A stretch of 64,000 bases of DNA, taken from the NCBI RefSeq assembly GCF_052425735.1, contig NC_135758.1, positions 23,374,001 through 23,438,000 of the forward strand. The letters are read 5' to 3'. The notes below the pieces were generated by a model, which ran no database searches, was not told where the DNA came from, and saw only the letters and a list, made by a program, of their open reading frames with translations. This DNA comes from Oculina patagonica. Its lineage: Eukaryota. Made by a program: the position numbers and the translations under genes. Below are positions 45,326 to 58,715 of this stretch, in pieces (position 1 is the stretch's first letter; the number at the start of each line of letters is the position of its first letter).

Positions 45326-46912
45326 AAACAGCTTGGTTGGTGTATTTTAAAATTTCTTTAAAATTGCCTAAGAAAGTGAAACATGTGGCAGATGGTGCTA
45401 ACAATGTATATAAAGTTAATTCTAACTTCTAAATAAGGGATAAATCGATTGATTTATTTTTGTTAATGTGGAAACAAAAGGATACTTTTTATCTGTAACC
45501 TTACTTGCCTTCCGCTGTTGCCAATCGAAAAAAAACAAAAGTTTCGGTCTTTTAAGATATGGCTACAACTGTAAAAGACATAAGTACTGTATTGTTCACA
45601 GTGTTAAATTACCGCTTTGTTTTTTTTAAACATCTCACCCTGGCCAATCAATTTGCAGCATTGTCAATCTAAACGCAAAAACGTCAAGCCGAACATCTTA
45701 TTTAAATTTGTACATGTTAAAAATGTCATCAAGGCAAGATATTTTTTAACAGTGCGAATACTGATTCATGACACATATGGTAATGGAAATATTTGGACCT
45801 ACGATAATTCCTTTGTTTAGCCATTTCCCTTTGAAAAATTTCGCCATTGAATTTTGATCTTGGTCTTTGAGAAAAATATCGGGTTCTGTACAGAGGAACT
45901 TGACCGAAGAAAACCAGGGTAAGTATTGAAATTATTGTAATATCTGCTTGAGAAATAATTTTCTCCGAGAGATGCCACACACTGAAAAAAGATTGTTTAT
46001 TTTACTGCGTAGAACTGGAGTGTTGTACTAACTAGACTTCACGACAACGCCTTCCACGGCTTTCAGGAAATGCAGGCGAAGTCACGTTGAGATTCTTAAA
46101 GGTTGTCGACACTTTTCGAACTTATCAAACTGTAGAGGTCTCTATGTTCCATCAAATTGGTGCTACTTAAAAGAAGTCAAGTCCCTGAACGATATGATTA
46201 TTTCGAACCGTCAGGGGAAACAAATAATAGTTCGAAATAGCGGGAATTCGAAATAGCCGGTAGTAAATGACTGAAGGGCAAATTATAGAGGAATTGGATT
46301 TTAGTTTAAAATATATAACGCGCTCAACGCGGAGTGAAATAGGAGAAGCCACGACCAAGCGCCCTCCGGTCTTTCTTTTTTTTTCCGTTTTTTTGGTGGG
46401 GGGTTCCATCCCCCCCCGGGGCCACCCCGCCCCCTTTCTCTAAACCCCCTGGGGGGGGGGGGGGGGGGGGGAACCGAGTTCAAATTAGCGGGGTCAAGCT
46501 GTATTTCCGTTTGATGTATCCATGATTCTTTTGACGTGGTGTCTATCTTTGGAGCATGCATTAAAAGAAATAGTAATAAGAAATAGTAACATTCAGTGTA
46601 ACTAAATACGGATGTATTTCGTGGTTTTTGCTTACAGTCCGGTTTATTTATACCTACCCAAAACGTAAGCTCAATAAAACAGAGAATCCGATCTTGTCAC
46701 GTCTTTTCCCTTCCTTTCAGTTGCGTAGCAACCTCATTCTCTAAGCCCTCCTCTTAACCTTAATAGGTAAACATCGCGCGTAACTCTGTTAGCGATAGGT
46801 TGCAATAAAGCCTGCCAAAAAAGTCGTACCGGCGTCTCCAATTAACACAACAGTGAGTGCTTTTAATTTACATAAGACTGCTTTGGCTACGTTGTCTGTT
46901 GCTCCAATTTAA

Positions 46913-47260
46913 AGGGACTGTGTCACGGATTTAAGTCAAATTTAGGCATCGGAAATGACCATCAATTCGGTAAAATAAAAAAAAAATAACCTCTTACAGT
47001 GAAGGAACATTTCAATAACACAGCAAATACAAAAGAAGGTATGGATGGCCAAAAGTGACGAAGATTGAAACGGATTGCAAAGTTAGTATGTTTTTTGTAA
47101 CTTTAAATTGTAACGCCCGGAAAACAAGTTTGGTTGCAATGATGCTATGCGTTTGTCATTTGGATCCACAGGAGTTATTTCTTTGCAAACATTACGTTTC
47201 ATAGCGAGTATTTGGCAAAACTAAAAAAAATGAACTTAACTCAGCCGTGACACAGTCCCT
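46913..47260. mobile_element. Kolobok-type MITE
   Basis: TTAA|agggactgtgtcacgg ... ccgtgacacagtccct|TTAA. Confidence 0.88.
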
Positions 47261-48020
47261 TTAAAACATATGATAGCACCCTTGAATGTTGTTTTTAATC
47301 AACTTTCAGCATTTTCATGTACGCATTAGTTTTAGTATCATAAAGGGAACGTCACATGACCTGAAGCTTAACGGTTCTATTAAAAAAAAGCAATTTTAAA
47401 AGCACGATTTTTTTCAACACTGGGAATAACTACTTGCTGGTGGACATACGTTCTGAGCTATAATTCAGTTGTTTTTTCAGCTACATTCAATGAAATAAGT
47501 TCGCCATGAAAACGTCAAAACAGTGTCGAACTAACATGGGCAATTTGCAAACTCCTTTACATTATTTTCCTGTGAAGGTCTTGAAAAATCCTCCAAAATA
47601 TCTCAGCAGGGTTGTCAATCAACCTCAGCTCGTAGATGAATATCATATCATCGTTTCGTATCGTGTACGTATCATTAATAGACCAGTTTTAGAGCTAAAT
47701 TAAATTTTATGGTCCCTCTGTCAAAATAATAATTTAGAGTTTTAAACTTTGTTAACAATATTAATATTGTTGTATAAAAAGGCTTGAGAAATTTTGACTT
47801 TGCGAGGAAACGTTTGTTTTTAATTTCACAATTTGTAAGTCTTTTATATCTCTAAAAAGATATACCTTAGGTTTGTTAAATTTGAAGATTTTTAAAACTG
47901 GCGTAAGGACATTGCTTTATCCCGTATTACCATTTATGTATATTTCGGATATTCATGTGAGGTGTAAACCGATTAGAAAAGCTTTTTTCATGCAGTTTTG
48001 TTTTTATCTCCGAATAGAGA

Positions 48021-48968
48021 ATGACCAACACAAGCCACAACACTGGCAATCCTGAGTTTACTAGGTTGATTGGCGTTCCGTGGATGGTGGTTCAAATCTG
48101 TGAAGCAGTTTTGATACTCGCTGGAAACTCTATCACAGTTTACATCTTTTGGAGCATTCGGAAACGACTGAAGCGTACCAGCTATCTTCTCATCAACCTG
48201 GCAATTGCTGATATTCTTGTGGGAATAGCAATCACACTATTTCTCTTGGCAACGATTGAGGTTTATTTGGAGTGGGGTATTAATTATTTTGCAGTAGCTA
48301 AAACGGCATCAGCTATCGATCTTATCGGAACAACATCTTCAGTGTTATCATTGGCTTTAATTTCTTTAGAGCGAATGCTTGCAATTTTGTGGCCATTTCG
48401 TCATCGGCTATTAAATATATGGTGCTACCATGTTTCGGTTGGGTTTATTTGGCTTATTTCATCGTTAAATATGTTTCTCAACACATATCTTAATTTACAT
48501 GCCACGGAAACAGAAAATGTTAATATTAGCATCTTGACTCCGATTACATTTATAACCTCAGTTATAATCATCAGTGGAGCATACCTCGCCATATGGATCT
48601 CAACGAGACGAAACAAAGTACACGGTAAAAACACTCACCGGCAAATGGAGCAAAGCAGAAAGCTCACAAGAACTCTGTTTGTGATGACGGCCTTGTCAAT
48701 AATTACATGTTTGCCGTATGGTATCATCCTTGTATTTAAAGACTTCATACAAAATGCGTTTTCAGTCAGTGGTCAAATCATCATAGCAACACAATATGCG
48801 AATTCGTTTCTGAATCCAGTTGTTTACTGTTTCAAGATGCCAGAGTTTAAGGAGTCACTGAGAAAGCTTTTTTGTCGTTGTGCAATACGACGCCCTTTGT
48901 TTAATGAAAATGAATCAGAAACTAGCAGTGGGATTACTTTGAGATCATTTAAGGCTATCGAGATCTAA
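48021..48968 (+). CDS. Class A orphan GPCR, cluster 2 (type C), 315 aa
   Basis: Close paralog of 42241 with the same motifs and a shared 5' flank. Confidence 0.93.
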   Translation: MTNTSHNTGNPEFTRLIGVPWMVVQICEAVLILAGNSITVYIFWSIRKRLKRTSYLLINLAIADILVGIAITLFLLATIEVYLEWGINYFAVAKTASAIDLIGTTSSVLSLALISLERMLAILWPFRHRLLNIWCYHVSVGFIWLISSLNMFLNTYLNLHATETENVNISILTPITFITSVIIISGAYLAIWISTRRNKVHGKNTHRQMEQSRKLTRTLFVMTALSIITCLPYGIILVFKDFIQNAFSVSGQIIIATQYANSFLNPVVYCFKMPEFKESLRKLFCRCAIRRPLFNENESETSSGITLRSFKAIEI

Positions 48969-51253
48969 TTAGTTAAACGGTACCACATAATAAATTACTC
49001 CTAGTTCAATTTATAACGAGATTAAAAAAAGCTTCTAGGTTAATTAGTTAAGAAAAATGTTACCCAGTGGAAGGCAATCATTTAAACAAACTAAACAAAG
49101 TAATTACTTTATGAAATTTGCAAAATTCTGGTTCAATAAAATTTGTGTTTATTCAAAGAACATTCGGAGTATCAGCTAGTGATTGTTAAATTCAAATAAT
49201 TTTCAGACAATTACCGAAGGTAGACTCTAAGTGAACAGATGCAACTGCACGAATGTCATCTAAGCATTTTATTTCAAGTAGGCATTAGAATAAAACTGAT
49301 CTCATTCCACATTAGTTCCTCTTTGGAGCCTAACAAAGATGTTAATTAAAACGTTTTACTAAAATTTGCTTTTCCATAAAAAGATACTTGTGTTGAATTG
49401 TGTTTTAACACAATTTTTAATTACTTGAAAGTAATTAAAACAGATGCATAAATGAGGGTCACCATGTGTCATTGTTGTTAGATTTCCAGCCAAGGTCACC
49501 CGTTTTAACAAAATTGTTAAATTAAACAACGAAACGGCTTAATGAAAATCGCACAGCTCTCCTGTTGGGAAGAGAGAAATTACAAATTACAAAGAAATTA
49601 CTTAATGAAATTTGCAAAATTCTGGTTCAATAAAATTTGTGTTTTCTCCAAAGAACATTCGGAGTATCAACTAGTAATTGTTAAATCTAAATAATATTGA
49701 GATAATTACCAAGGTAGGCTCTAACTGAGCATATTCAGCTGCACGACGGTCATCCAAGTCTTATTCTAAGTAGACCTTACATTTATTTACTTTTGGAGTC
49801 TAACACATATGTAACTTAAAACGTCTTATTAGAACTTGCTTCTAAACCTGTGTTAAATAATTAAAACAAATCTAGAAGTGAGGTTCATCATGAGTCATTG
49901 TTGTTAGATCTCCAGCCAAGGTCACCCGTTTTAATAAAATTGTTAAATTAAACAAAGAAACTACTTTATGAAAATCGCACAGCTTTCCTGTTGGGGTGTT
50001 AACGAATCCAATTCAGACTCGGCGAACTTATTCACTTTTTTACACGCCCTGGTGAGTATGATGTTTTGTATTAAATTGCTTCCAAGTAGGATGGGGAAAG
50101 TTTCCAAAAACGTTTACACTTACGATATTTTACTTTTTTCGTCGACTCTCGAAAAGAAAACTCCAAATATGAATTGATAATGACCACAACATGAATTTAG
50201 AATTAATCCAGGCTATAAGGTTTTGACACTTAATATAGTTTCTTATCTTTATCTTATCTTAATCCAAAATGCGACGACAAGTAATGATAACACAACTGAG
50301 TGATAAACAAAACCGAAAGGCTGCAAGGCGAGATACCAATATCTTAATTTCGATTATGATTATAGTTCGAATTGGACAACATGGGGTCCTGTAACCGATT
50401 AATCACAACTGACAGACTATGAGGAAAAACTAATCATCGTTATCGATTTAAGTAAATAGGAAGATAACATTTGAGTTTGTTTTCGAAGTCCACGAGAAAA
50501 AGAAATCCATTTATTAGTTCTGACCTATAAAAGCGCACCAATAACGTGTATCGTCTAATTACTTTGTTTTAAGTAGTATGCTGTCCTAGTTGGCTAACCA
50601 ATCAAATTCGTGAGTTTTTATAGCTTTGATTAATATCTGATAAGCTGTGCAGTGTTAATTTGTTTCTTTTTTAAGCTTATTCATGACCAATGTTTATCAA
50701 CAAAGAGCTCCCCATAATTAGTTGAGGGAAGAAACATTTAATACACAAAAATCAGGGAAAGTCATTTTCAGTTCGATGGTAAGTACCGTGTAAATGTCAC
50801 CGATTCAGGTTTGAACAAATTGATTAACTTTGGACCTATCTACAAGAATATAACGAAAGGTTGTCGAGGATTGAACTTATAGTGGTTGACAACTCATACA
50901 GTTGTTATAAACGTTGTTTCGGGAGAAGAGAACATTTTTGCCGGGAATCGTGATACTTGATAAAGTTGTCTGTGATAAAGCGATATTATAGATACATCAG
51001 AACGCTACCAAAGACATCGGAAACGTCAAAGAACTTTGAAAAATATCGAGAGCAGCTAAAAAATTTCGAGACGAACTTTACTGCTGCAGGGTAGCGCTCG
51101 AACAACCTTTGTTAGAATAAGAGATCTAAATGAATACTCGTATAATCGGATGGAAGACTTCTAGCTGCATAGTTCAGGGATGGAATACCAATAGAACACA
51201 GTCGAGTGAATGTTCTCTTTTTCCTTTCTCTCATACTCAGATCTAGATTGACA

Positions 51254-52183
51254 ATGAACAACACAAACCCTGAAGTTTTATACTTGTTTAAAGGAGTTCC
51301 TTGGATTGTGGTTTACATCTGTGAAGCATTTTTTATACTCACTGGAAACACCATCACAGTTTATATCTTTTGGAGCATTCGGAAACGACTGAAGCGTACC
51401 AGCTATCTTCTCATTAATCTCGCAGTTGCTGACTTCTCAGTGGGAATAGCAATTACATTTTTTCTGTCTCTTCACATCACCACTGCAATACCACTCCAAA
51501 GTGTAAGCACTGTAGTCAAAACAGGCGTGTTCATTGATACCATTGGAGTAGTTTCTTCTATATTATCATTGGCTTTAATTTCTTTGGAAAGGATGCTCGC
51601 AATTTTGTGGCCATTTCGCCATAGAACTATGAACGCATGGTACTACCACATTTCTGTTGGAATTGTTTGGTTCTTGGCTTCGTTAATCGCATTTGTAAAC
51701 TTAACCATTGACATCTATCGAACAGAAAGTGACAATGGACTAAGTTATTTGTTTGCTATCATTATTATATGTGCAGTCCTGATCATTACTGGCGCGTATC
51801 TGGCGATTTGGATCTCAACAAAGCGTAACAAGATCCCAAACAATAGTTGCAGGTCCACGAAACAAAACACAAAGCTTGCGAAGACTCTTTTCATCGTGAC
51901 GGCCTTTTCAGTTATTACCTGTCTGCCTTCTGGTATCAGCCTTGCTCTAAGAGATTACCTACATCACATGTACTCATTCAGAGTGCAAATCACTTTTGCA
52001 GCACAATACGCAAATTCGTTTCTGAATCCAGTTATTTACTGTTTCAAGATGCCGGAGTTTAAGAACTCGCTAAAGAAGCTACTCTGTAGTTGTCCACGAC
52101 AACGACTATCGTTTAATGACAATTCATCAGAGGCAACTAGTGGAGTTACTTTGAGGTCCATGAAGAATATCGAGATAAGTTAG
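51254..52183 (+). CDS. Class A orphan GPCR, cluster 2 (type A), 309 aa
   Basis: ATG at 51254 (MNNTNPEV) after the ctcag acceptor at 51240; LERM, ITCLP, NSFLNPVIY. Confidence 0.92.
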   Translation: MNNTNPEVLYLFKGVPWIVVYICEAFFILTGNTITVYIFWSIRKRLKRTSYLLINLAVADFSVGIAITFFLSLHITTAIPLQSVSTVVKTGVFIDTIGVVSSILSLALISLERMLAILWPFRHRTMNAWYYHISVGIVWFLASLIAFVNLTIDIYRTESDNGLSYLFAIIIICAVLIITGAYLAIWISTKRNKIPNNSCRSTKQNTKLAKTLFIVTAFSVITCLPSGISLALRDYLHHMYSFRVQITFAAQYANSFLNPVIYCFKMPEFKNSLKKLLCSCPRQRLSFNDNSSEATSGVTLRSMKNIEIS

Positions 52184-52860
52184 GCACTTCCGCTAAACAG
52201 AGCAACAAAACCTTTCCGTTAAAGTTATCAAGCTTGACGTTTGTGAAGTCAGACATTACTCCAATCAAAATTCCAGTTTTGGAACAAGCTTCCATTTAAA
52301 TATTATACTCAGTCTTAATTTGAAGAATGGAAGTCTGAAATAAAGAATGAATTTAACGTTTCATTTACAAATTCATTGCAGTCAGTTGACTCAAAGTAAA
52401 TCAGTAAAATTCTTGTGAGACCCTTAATGAAGGGCCTTTCTAACTATAAAGCTGGGCTTAATAACGGGTGTTTCCAAATTGACCAGATCAGACAAGGTGT
52501 CATTGTTGGTTATCGGATCTTTGTTATTGCGTGTTTTAGACAACCGCTTAGCTAACCTTTTACTAAAACTTACCTCTCCGAAATAAATTCAGAGTATCTT
52601 TGTTGGTTAATTAAAAAAAAAATCAGATAATTATGCAACGTAAACTCTCAGTCTCTGAATACTTACATTTAAGAAATAATTGTAGTCTTATAATATGTAA
52701 TCACGAACATTGTTGCAGAGTAAAATTAGCTTGACAAAAGTAATAAATGTATGTATAAATGTAAATGTATGTATGTCTCTGTTGAGCAATTAAGATAATT
52801 TAAATAAGACGTTGTCATTATACTTCCGGCCAAGGGCAACCGTGTTGATAAAATGGTTAA

Positions 52861-53616
52861 GGTCGCGCAGGACCCTTGCTCATTAATAAATTCATTAGCC
52901 AAATTTCTTGACGGGGTGCTATCTTGTAAAGCTTTAATTCGTTACATTTTGAACATCGACTCCCTTAAAATTTATCAAGGGTAATAGGGGATGATGGAAT
53001 TACATCATGATTGTCCTTTTACTGAGAGGTGACTGTTTACTGTGATGTTTGAACAGCGCACAGAATTAAATGATTATATAACCGAATAAGAAATCATAAC
53101 TTTTTTTGTGTGTTCTGACAAGAACGAAAATTTCGATTTCAAAAACTGCTGGAAACTAATGGCTTCTAAAAGAGTAAAAAATGCGAAATGTAAACTTTGA
53201 AACGCGCTATCATGTTTTCGAGAAAGACGTTCCAAATTTGTCTCTTGTCAGAACGCAAAAGTGTACATTAAGTTTATGTTCCTCGCGAATCAACTCCTGA
53301 AAGTCTATATCGGTGGAGAAAACTTGGGCACAAAATTGCAGGTTTAAGACTTACGAAGACCTTCCAAGTCATTGTTTACAACAACGCGTGCTTCATTTAA
53401 AGCTGTGAATTTAATTATGATAATTTGCTTTGCTCCAGCGCACCGGACACAAAACTGAGATCAATAACTTATAATTACTTCTACAAAGAACTTTAAGAAA
53501 AACAAATTCACATTAATATTTCGTTTGTTGTCGGCTTTAGTCAGTTTAGTCGTCGCAGTTCGGGCATACTCTTAAAATAAATACATACAAAATGATTGCA
53601 AGGGTCCTGCGCGACC
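52861..53616. mobile_element. Kolobok-type MITE
   Basis: TTAA|ggtcgcgcaggacccttgc ... gcaagggtcctgcgcgacc|taa. Confidence 0.82.
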
Positions 53617-54810
53617 TAACTTAAATAAGTAGTACAGAAACTGGTTTATGCAAATTTTAAAGCTTTACTGTTTGAGTGGTGTATGCCCTGATTATTAACT
53701 TTTGCCAAATAATACTGAAAACCTTTAAATTCGTTGATGTAATTTATTTTGTTAAGATACAGGGCCGCTATGGAGACCAGCCTTAGAAATGAATGGGCTA
53801 CCTTATGTAAACAAAGTTTCACTTTACTGAACCACTAGAACGGATTACAAAAATTGTACCTTTATTAGTTGCAATGGTTCCTGAGGGTAATGTACAGTAG
53901 TTTCCTCGATGGTTTTGTGTAAGACAGCTATAATTCTCAAAGATTTCAAAACTCCTCCGGAAGAAACCTGCAAATGTGAGATTTATCATAATCTAAACCT
54001 GCAATTTGAATAAGTCAGAACATTTGGGTAAACCAGCATGTTAGGCGCTGAAAATCCATCGCGTATATCAAAATGTTAACAAATTAAAGACGACAGCTGG
54101 TTACAGCTTTCGCACAGTCATTTACTGAACATAATATTTCTCTTGCGTTGCTCAATTGGGAGTGCATCGAAATTAGTTGTCAAATGGCTGTTACAACACA
54201 GTGAGATCTTTTGTTTAATATTCTCTGTGAAAGTTTGGAAATAAAGGGGAGATTTGCTATCCGAATGTTTCAAATAAGAGAGTGTCTTCATATGAACACT
54301 CATTTCAAAGAATAATTTATAAAAAAAACTTTACTTATTTCTATTTGTCAGCTCAAGATACGTTCTTATATTATTCTGACATACGAAAATCTCCAAAGGT
54401 TTAAGTACAGAACGAAAACCAGGCGATTAATATTTGACTAGGTCCTGTAGTGCTTAATTATTACGTTTCTTAGATGCATTTCAAATTTTTATTTTGCAAA
54501 AATGATTTTGACAGCTAATTGAATTTCAAATAAGAGGATTCAAGAGGAATATCGATCAGTTTGGACAGAGAACTTTATCTTGCGACGAAACGTTCGGTGA
54601 GTCACCTTCTATACCTAAAGTCAGGTAAGAAAATTGATCGTTTTTATTTTAAAACAATGATTTATTTGAGCACGTCAAGATAGAGGCACTCATCGTAGAG
54701 TATAAAGATGAAAGAAAGACCAGCTGTATGATCCATTTATTTCTCTTGTTTTGCTTTATTTTTTTCTCTTGTTTTATCAGTTTCTCCTATGCCCAAGGTC
54801 TCGACAGACC

Positions 54811-55740
54811 ATGAACAACACAGGACCCAAACTTTTGCACTTGTTTAAAGGAGTCTCGTGGATGGTTGTTTACATCTGTGAAGCAGTTTTGATAATCATT
54901 GGAAACTCTATCACAGTTTACATCTTCTGGACCATTCGGAAACGACTGAAGCGTACCAGCTATCTACTTATAAATCTTGCAGTTGCTGACATCTTAGTGG
55001 GAATAGCTGTTATCTTATGGTTCCTGGATGGTATTGCAGTGATCATGGAAAGGGAACTTAGTAGCATTGTCGTAAAAACAGCCTTAATTGTTGATGCTAT
55101 TGGAACAGTATCTTCAATATTATCATTGGTTCAAATTTCGTTGGAAAGAATGTTGGCAATTTTGTGGCCATTTCGTCATAGAACTGTAAAAACGTGGTGC
55201 TACCACGTTTCCATCAGCTTCATTTGGTTTGTAGCTTCCCTAAACGGAATTGTAAACGCAAGCATTGACCTCTATAGTAGAAAACGTAACAATGGACTTA
55301 CATCCTTAACGGCTATTACCATCATCTGTTCAGTACTGATCATTATTTGCGCCTATCTGGCGATTTGGATCTCAACGAAACGTAACCGGTTTCGCAATAA
55401 TACTTGCAGGTCTATGGAACAAAACACAAAGCTTGCTAAGACTCTTTTCATCGTGACAGCCCTTTCCGTAATTACCTGCCTGCCTTCTGGCATCAGTCTT
55501 GTACTTAGAGATTATCTACACCATCCATATTCATTCAGGGTACAAATTACAATAGTAGCGCAATACGCGAATTCGTTTCTGAATCCAGTTGTTTACTGTC
55601 TCAAGATGCCTGAATTTAAGGAATCGGTGAAAAAGCTACTTTGTCGTTGCCCACGGCCACGGCGGCGGTTAAATGGAACTTCATCAGATGCAACAAATGG
55701 AATTATTTTGAGAAGTGTCAAGACTGTCGAAACCCTTTAA
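54811..55740 (+). CDS. Class A orphan GPCR, cluster 2 (type B), 309 aa
   Basis: ATG at 54811 (MNNTGPK); LERM, ITCLP, NSFLNPVVY. Confidence 0.92.
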   Translation: MNNTGPKLLHLFKGVSWMVVYICEAVLIIIGNSITVYIFWTIRKRLKRTSYLLINLAVADILVGIAVILWFLDGIAVIMERELSSIVVKTALIVDAIGTVSSILSLVQISLERMLAILWPFRHRTVKTWCYHVSISFIWFVASLNGIVNASIDLYSRKRNNGLTSLTAITIICSVLIIICAYLAIWISTKRNRFRNNTCRSMEQNTKLAKTLFIVTALSVITCLPSGISLVLRDYLHHPYSFRVQITIVAQYANSFLNPVVYCLKMPEFKESVKKLLCRCPRPRRRLNGTSSDATNGIILRSVKTVETL

Positions 55741-56970
55741 TTATCACCACGTATTATAAAACCCTTATCCTACATAGCATTGATATGTGACGAATATCGA
55801 TGTTAAGCCCTGGTAGAACAGTCTAAACATGGTTATTCAAAACTTGATTGCTTGAAAAGGCTGAAGTCAGTCGTTTGACCACCCGGTGCTTAAAGATTAG
55901 GACGAAATTGTAGGAACCATTAATTTTAATAAATGCGAAGTTTTTAATTACCTTACAAAATGAAACAAAAAACTTGTCAGTGCAAGCCATATGGATTAAT
56001 CTGCAGACTTGTCATTCAAACTTCAATTTCCAGCTGTGTCTTTCAAGCTAGTTTGATTTATACATAGAAAAGCCATAAAGGCAAGGTATTTTGTGACCGT
56101 GTGAGCACTGATTACTGACATTTTTCGTCAAGGAAATGTGTGGATCTGAGATAATTGATTTTTTACCTAACAGATACATATGAAATAATTTAGCTATCGA
56201 ATTTTGGTGTTGCCAGTAATTAATTTAAGAAGCAGATCAGGTCGGTCTACAGGGGAACATAAAGAACTAAAACCAAGGTAAGTGACAGTGAGAAAGATGT
56301 TTGAATAAGATCTCACTGATTTTTTAAAACAGAAATCATAGGAACTTCAAACTTTGAACCTAGGAACGTCAAAAACACTGAACTATGTTTTGGATTGATA
56401 GAAATTCTAGCCTCGTTGAAAAAGGTCGTGCAGCCATCAAATCTTAATGTTTTCTTCATGATTATTTAAATCGGTAAAGGAAATGCTAATTCAGTTTTTT
56501 TATTGTCTCATGTAGCAGTAGGTCCACTGAACGACAATAAATAAAGGTTGTCAGTGAATAAGCAACATTACATGTACATCAGGATGTTACAAAAGATATC
56601 GATAACGTCAAACATAATTTTGAAACAAATCGAGAGTTGCTCAGAATTTTAGAAACGAATTTTACTGCGATACCATTACAGTAGGAGATCTGAATTATTA
56701 CTCGTTTAAATGGATGAAATTTTCATTTGTGGAATACTAATGATTCTCAAGATAATCACGACATTTTTTATTCAAAACATTTTTCTAAAGAAACTCCATC
56801 CATTTTCAGTACAAGTAAAGACATGACTCGAAAAATATCACTGGCTACAAACTTTTGTTTGGCAATCCGTGCATTTTGGTCAGAAAAAAATTTGGAATAC
56901 TCATAGAATACACTGAGTTGCGAAACATTTTCTGTTTTGCCTTTTTTTCAACCTCAGGTCTGGATCGACA

Positions 56971-57900
56971 ATGAACAACACAGACCCTGACGTTTTCCAT
57001 TTGTTTAAAGGAGTTCCGTGGATAGTTGTTTACACCTGTGAAGCAGTTTTGATACTCACTGGAAACTCTATCACAGTTTACATCTTTTGGAGCATTCGGA
57101 AACGACTGAAGCGCACCAGCTATCTTCTCATTAATCTTGCAGTTGCCGACTTCTTAGTAGGAATAGCAATTACTTTGTTTCTGTCTCTTCACATCACCAC
57201 TGCAATGACACTCCAGCACGTTAATTATGTAGAAAAAACAGCCGTGTTCGTTGATACTGTAGGAGTAGTATCTTCTATATTATCCTTGGCTTTAATTTCT
57301 TTGGAAAGGATGCTCGCGATTTTGTGGCCATTTCGCCATAGAACTATGAACACATGGTACTATCATATTTGTGTTGGAATCGTTTGGTTCTTGGCTTCCT
57401 TAATCGCAACTGTAAATGTAACTATTGATGTCTATCTCACAGAACGCGACTATGGATTAAATTTTGTGATGGCTATCACAATTATCTGTGCAGTCCTGAT
57501 CATTATTGGTGCATATCTGGCGATTTGGATCTCAACAAAACGTAGCCAGTTTCCAAACAATACTTGCAGGTCCATGGAACAAAACAGAAAGCTTGCCAAG
57601 ACTCTGTTTATCGTGACGGCCTTTTCAGTTATTACCTGCTTGCCTGCTGGTATCATTATTGCTCTTAGAGTCTACCTACAGCATATGCATTCATTCAGGG
57701 TGCAAATCACTTTTGCAGCACAATACGCAAATTCGTTTCTGAATCCAGTTATTTACTGTTTCAGGATGCCGGAGTTTAAGAACTCGCTAAAGAAGCTACT
57801 GTGTAGTTGTCCACGACAACGGCTTTCGTTTAATGACAATTCATCAGAGGCAGCCAGTGGCGTTACTTTAAGGTCCATGAAGAATATCGAGATACGTTAA
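56971..57900 (+). CDS. Class A orphan GPCR, cluster 2 (type A), 309 aa
   Basis: Closest to 51254, including shared 5' and 3' flanks. Confidence 0.93.
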   Translation: MNNTDPDVFHLFKGVPWIVVYTCEAVLILTGNSITVYIFWSIRKRLKRTSYLLINLAVADFLVGIAITLFLSLHITTAMTLQHVNYVEKTAVFVDTVGVVSSILSLALISLERMLAILWPFRHRTMNTWYYHICVGIVWFLASLIATVNVTIDVYLTERDYGLNFVMAITIICAVLIIIGAYLAIWISTKRSQFPNNTCRSMEQNRKLAKTLFIVTAFSVITCLPAGIIIALRVYLQHMHSFRVQITFAAQYANSFLNPVIYCFRMPEFKNSLKKLLCSCPRQRLSFNDNSSEAASGVTLRSMKNIEIR

Positions 57901-58289
57901 GGAGTTCTGCTAGACTGAGAAAGAGAGCCTTGTCGCAAAACATGATCAAGCTTGACGTCTTTTAAGCCAAAGATCAATTCAATCATAATTCTAGTTTTGG
58001 ATCGAGCCGCCAATTGAATATTATGTTCATTCTTTATTTGAAGAATGGAAGTCTGAGATAACGAATGGAATTAAAGTTCCATTTGTGAATTCATTACAAT
58101 CAGTTGACCCAAAGTGAACCAGTCAAATCACCAAGAGACCCATAGAGGTTAAAGAACATTTCGAAGTAAAAGGTAGCGCTTAAAACCGGGTGTTTGCAAG
58201 ATTTACCAGATCAGACATCCTAGTGACTTGAAAAAGTGTAAAGAACAAGTGATGACTGCACACAATGAATGTGTCTGAGACTTGTTAAC

Positions 58290-58570
58290 AGCTCCGGAGA
58301 AATTGAGATCCAATAGGCCAGTACCATCGAAGCGTTTGTGGTCTTACATTAAATCTAAGAAATCTCATGATGTTGGAATTCCTCCACTGAAAGATAATGC
58401 GGTGCTGATGTTAATGACAACTATGGAAAAGCCAACATATTAAGCAATCATTTCAAGTCAGTAATCTTCATAACATTCCATCTCTTGGCCCAAGTTTTTA
58501 TCCTAATGTTCCATCCACTGTGTTTACCATACCAGGAATTCGGAAGGTATCGAAGAAAGCAAATGACCCT
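58290..58570 (+). mobile_element. CR1-like LINE internal fragment
   Basis: KRLWSYIKSKKSHDVGIPPLKDN ... GKANILSNHFKSV (frameshifted), typical pre-RT region. Confidence 0.7.
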
Positions 58571-58715
58571 TATCTGCTTACTATTGTCAAGTGCCTTGGC
58601 AATTTTCCCAATTGCAGTTATGAGCTGATTGCTGAGATTTCACAAGGAAACTTCCGGCTGAAGCCATGTTGAGAGTTGACTAGAACATTGTTAGAGTCAA
58701 GGTGGGTCAGTATGT

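Noticed and set aside
54583-54612. Second hammerhead-like motif on the minus strand
   Set aside because: The core is incomplete (no CUGA/UUGA box, GAAC instead of GAAAC) and there is no associated Penelope ORF.
51206-54810. Extended N-termini of ORFs 51206 and 54751 (likewise 37061 and the 61539 start of the kinase)
   Set aside because: They begin at non-ATG codons, mostly within intronic polypyrimidine tracts; paralog comparison or start context supports the downstream ATGs.
10535-57656. Numerous 60-110 aa ORFs antisense or frame-shifted to the protease and GPCR genes
   Set aside because: They are shadows of real CDSs with no independent motifs.
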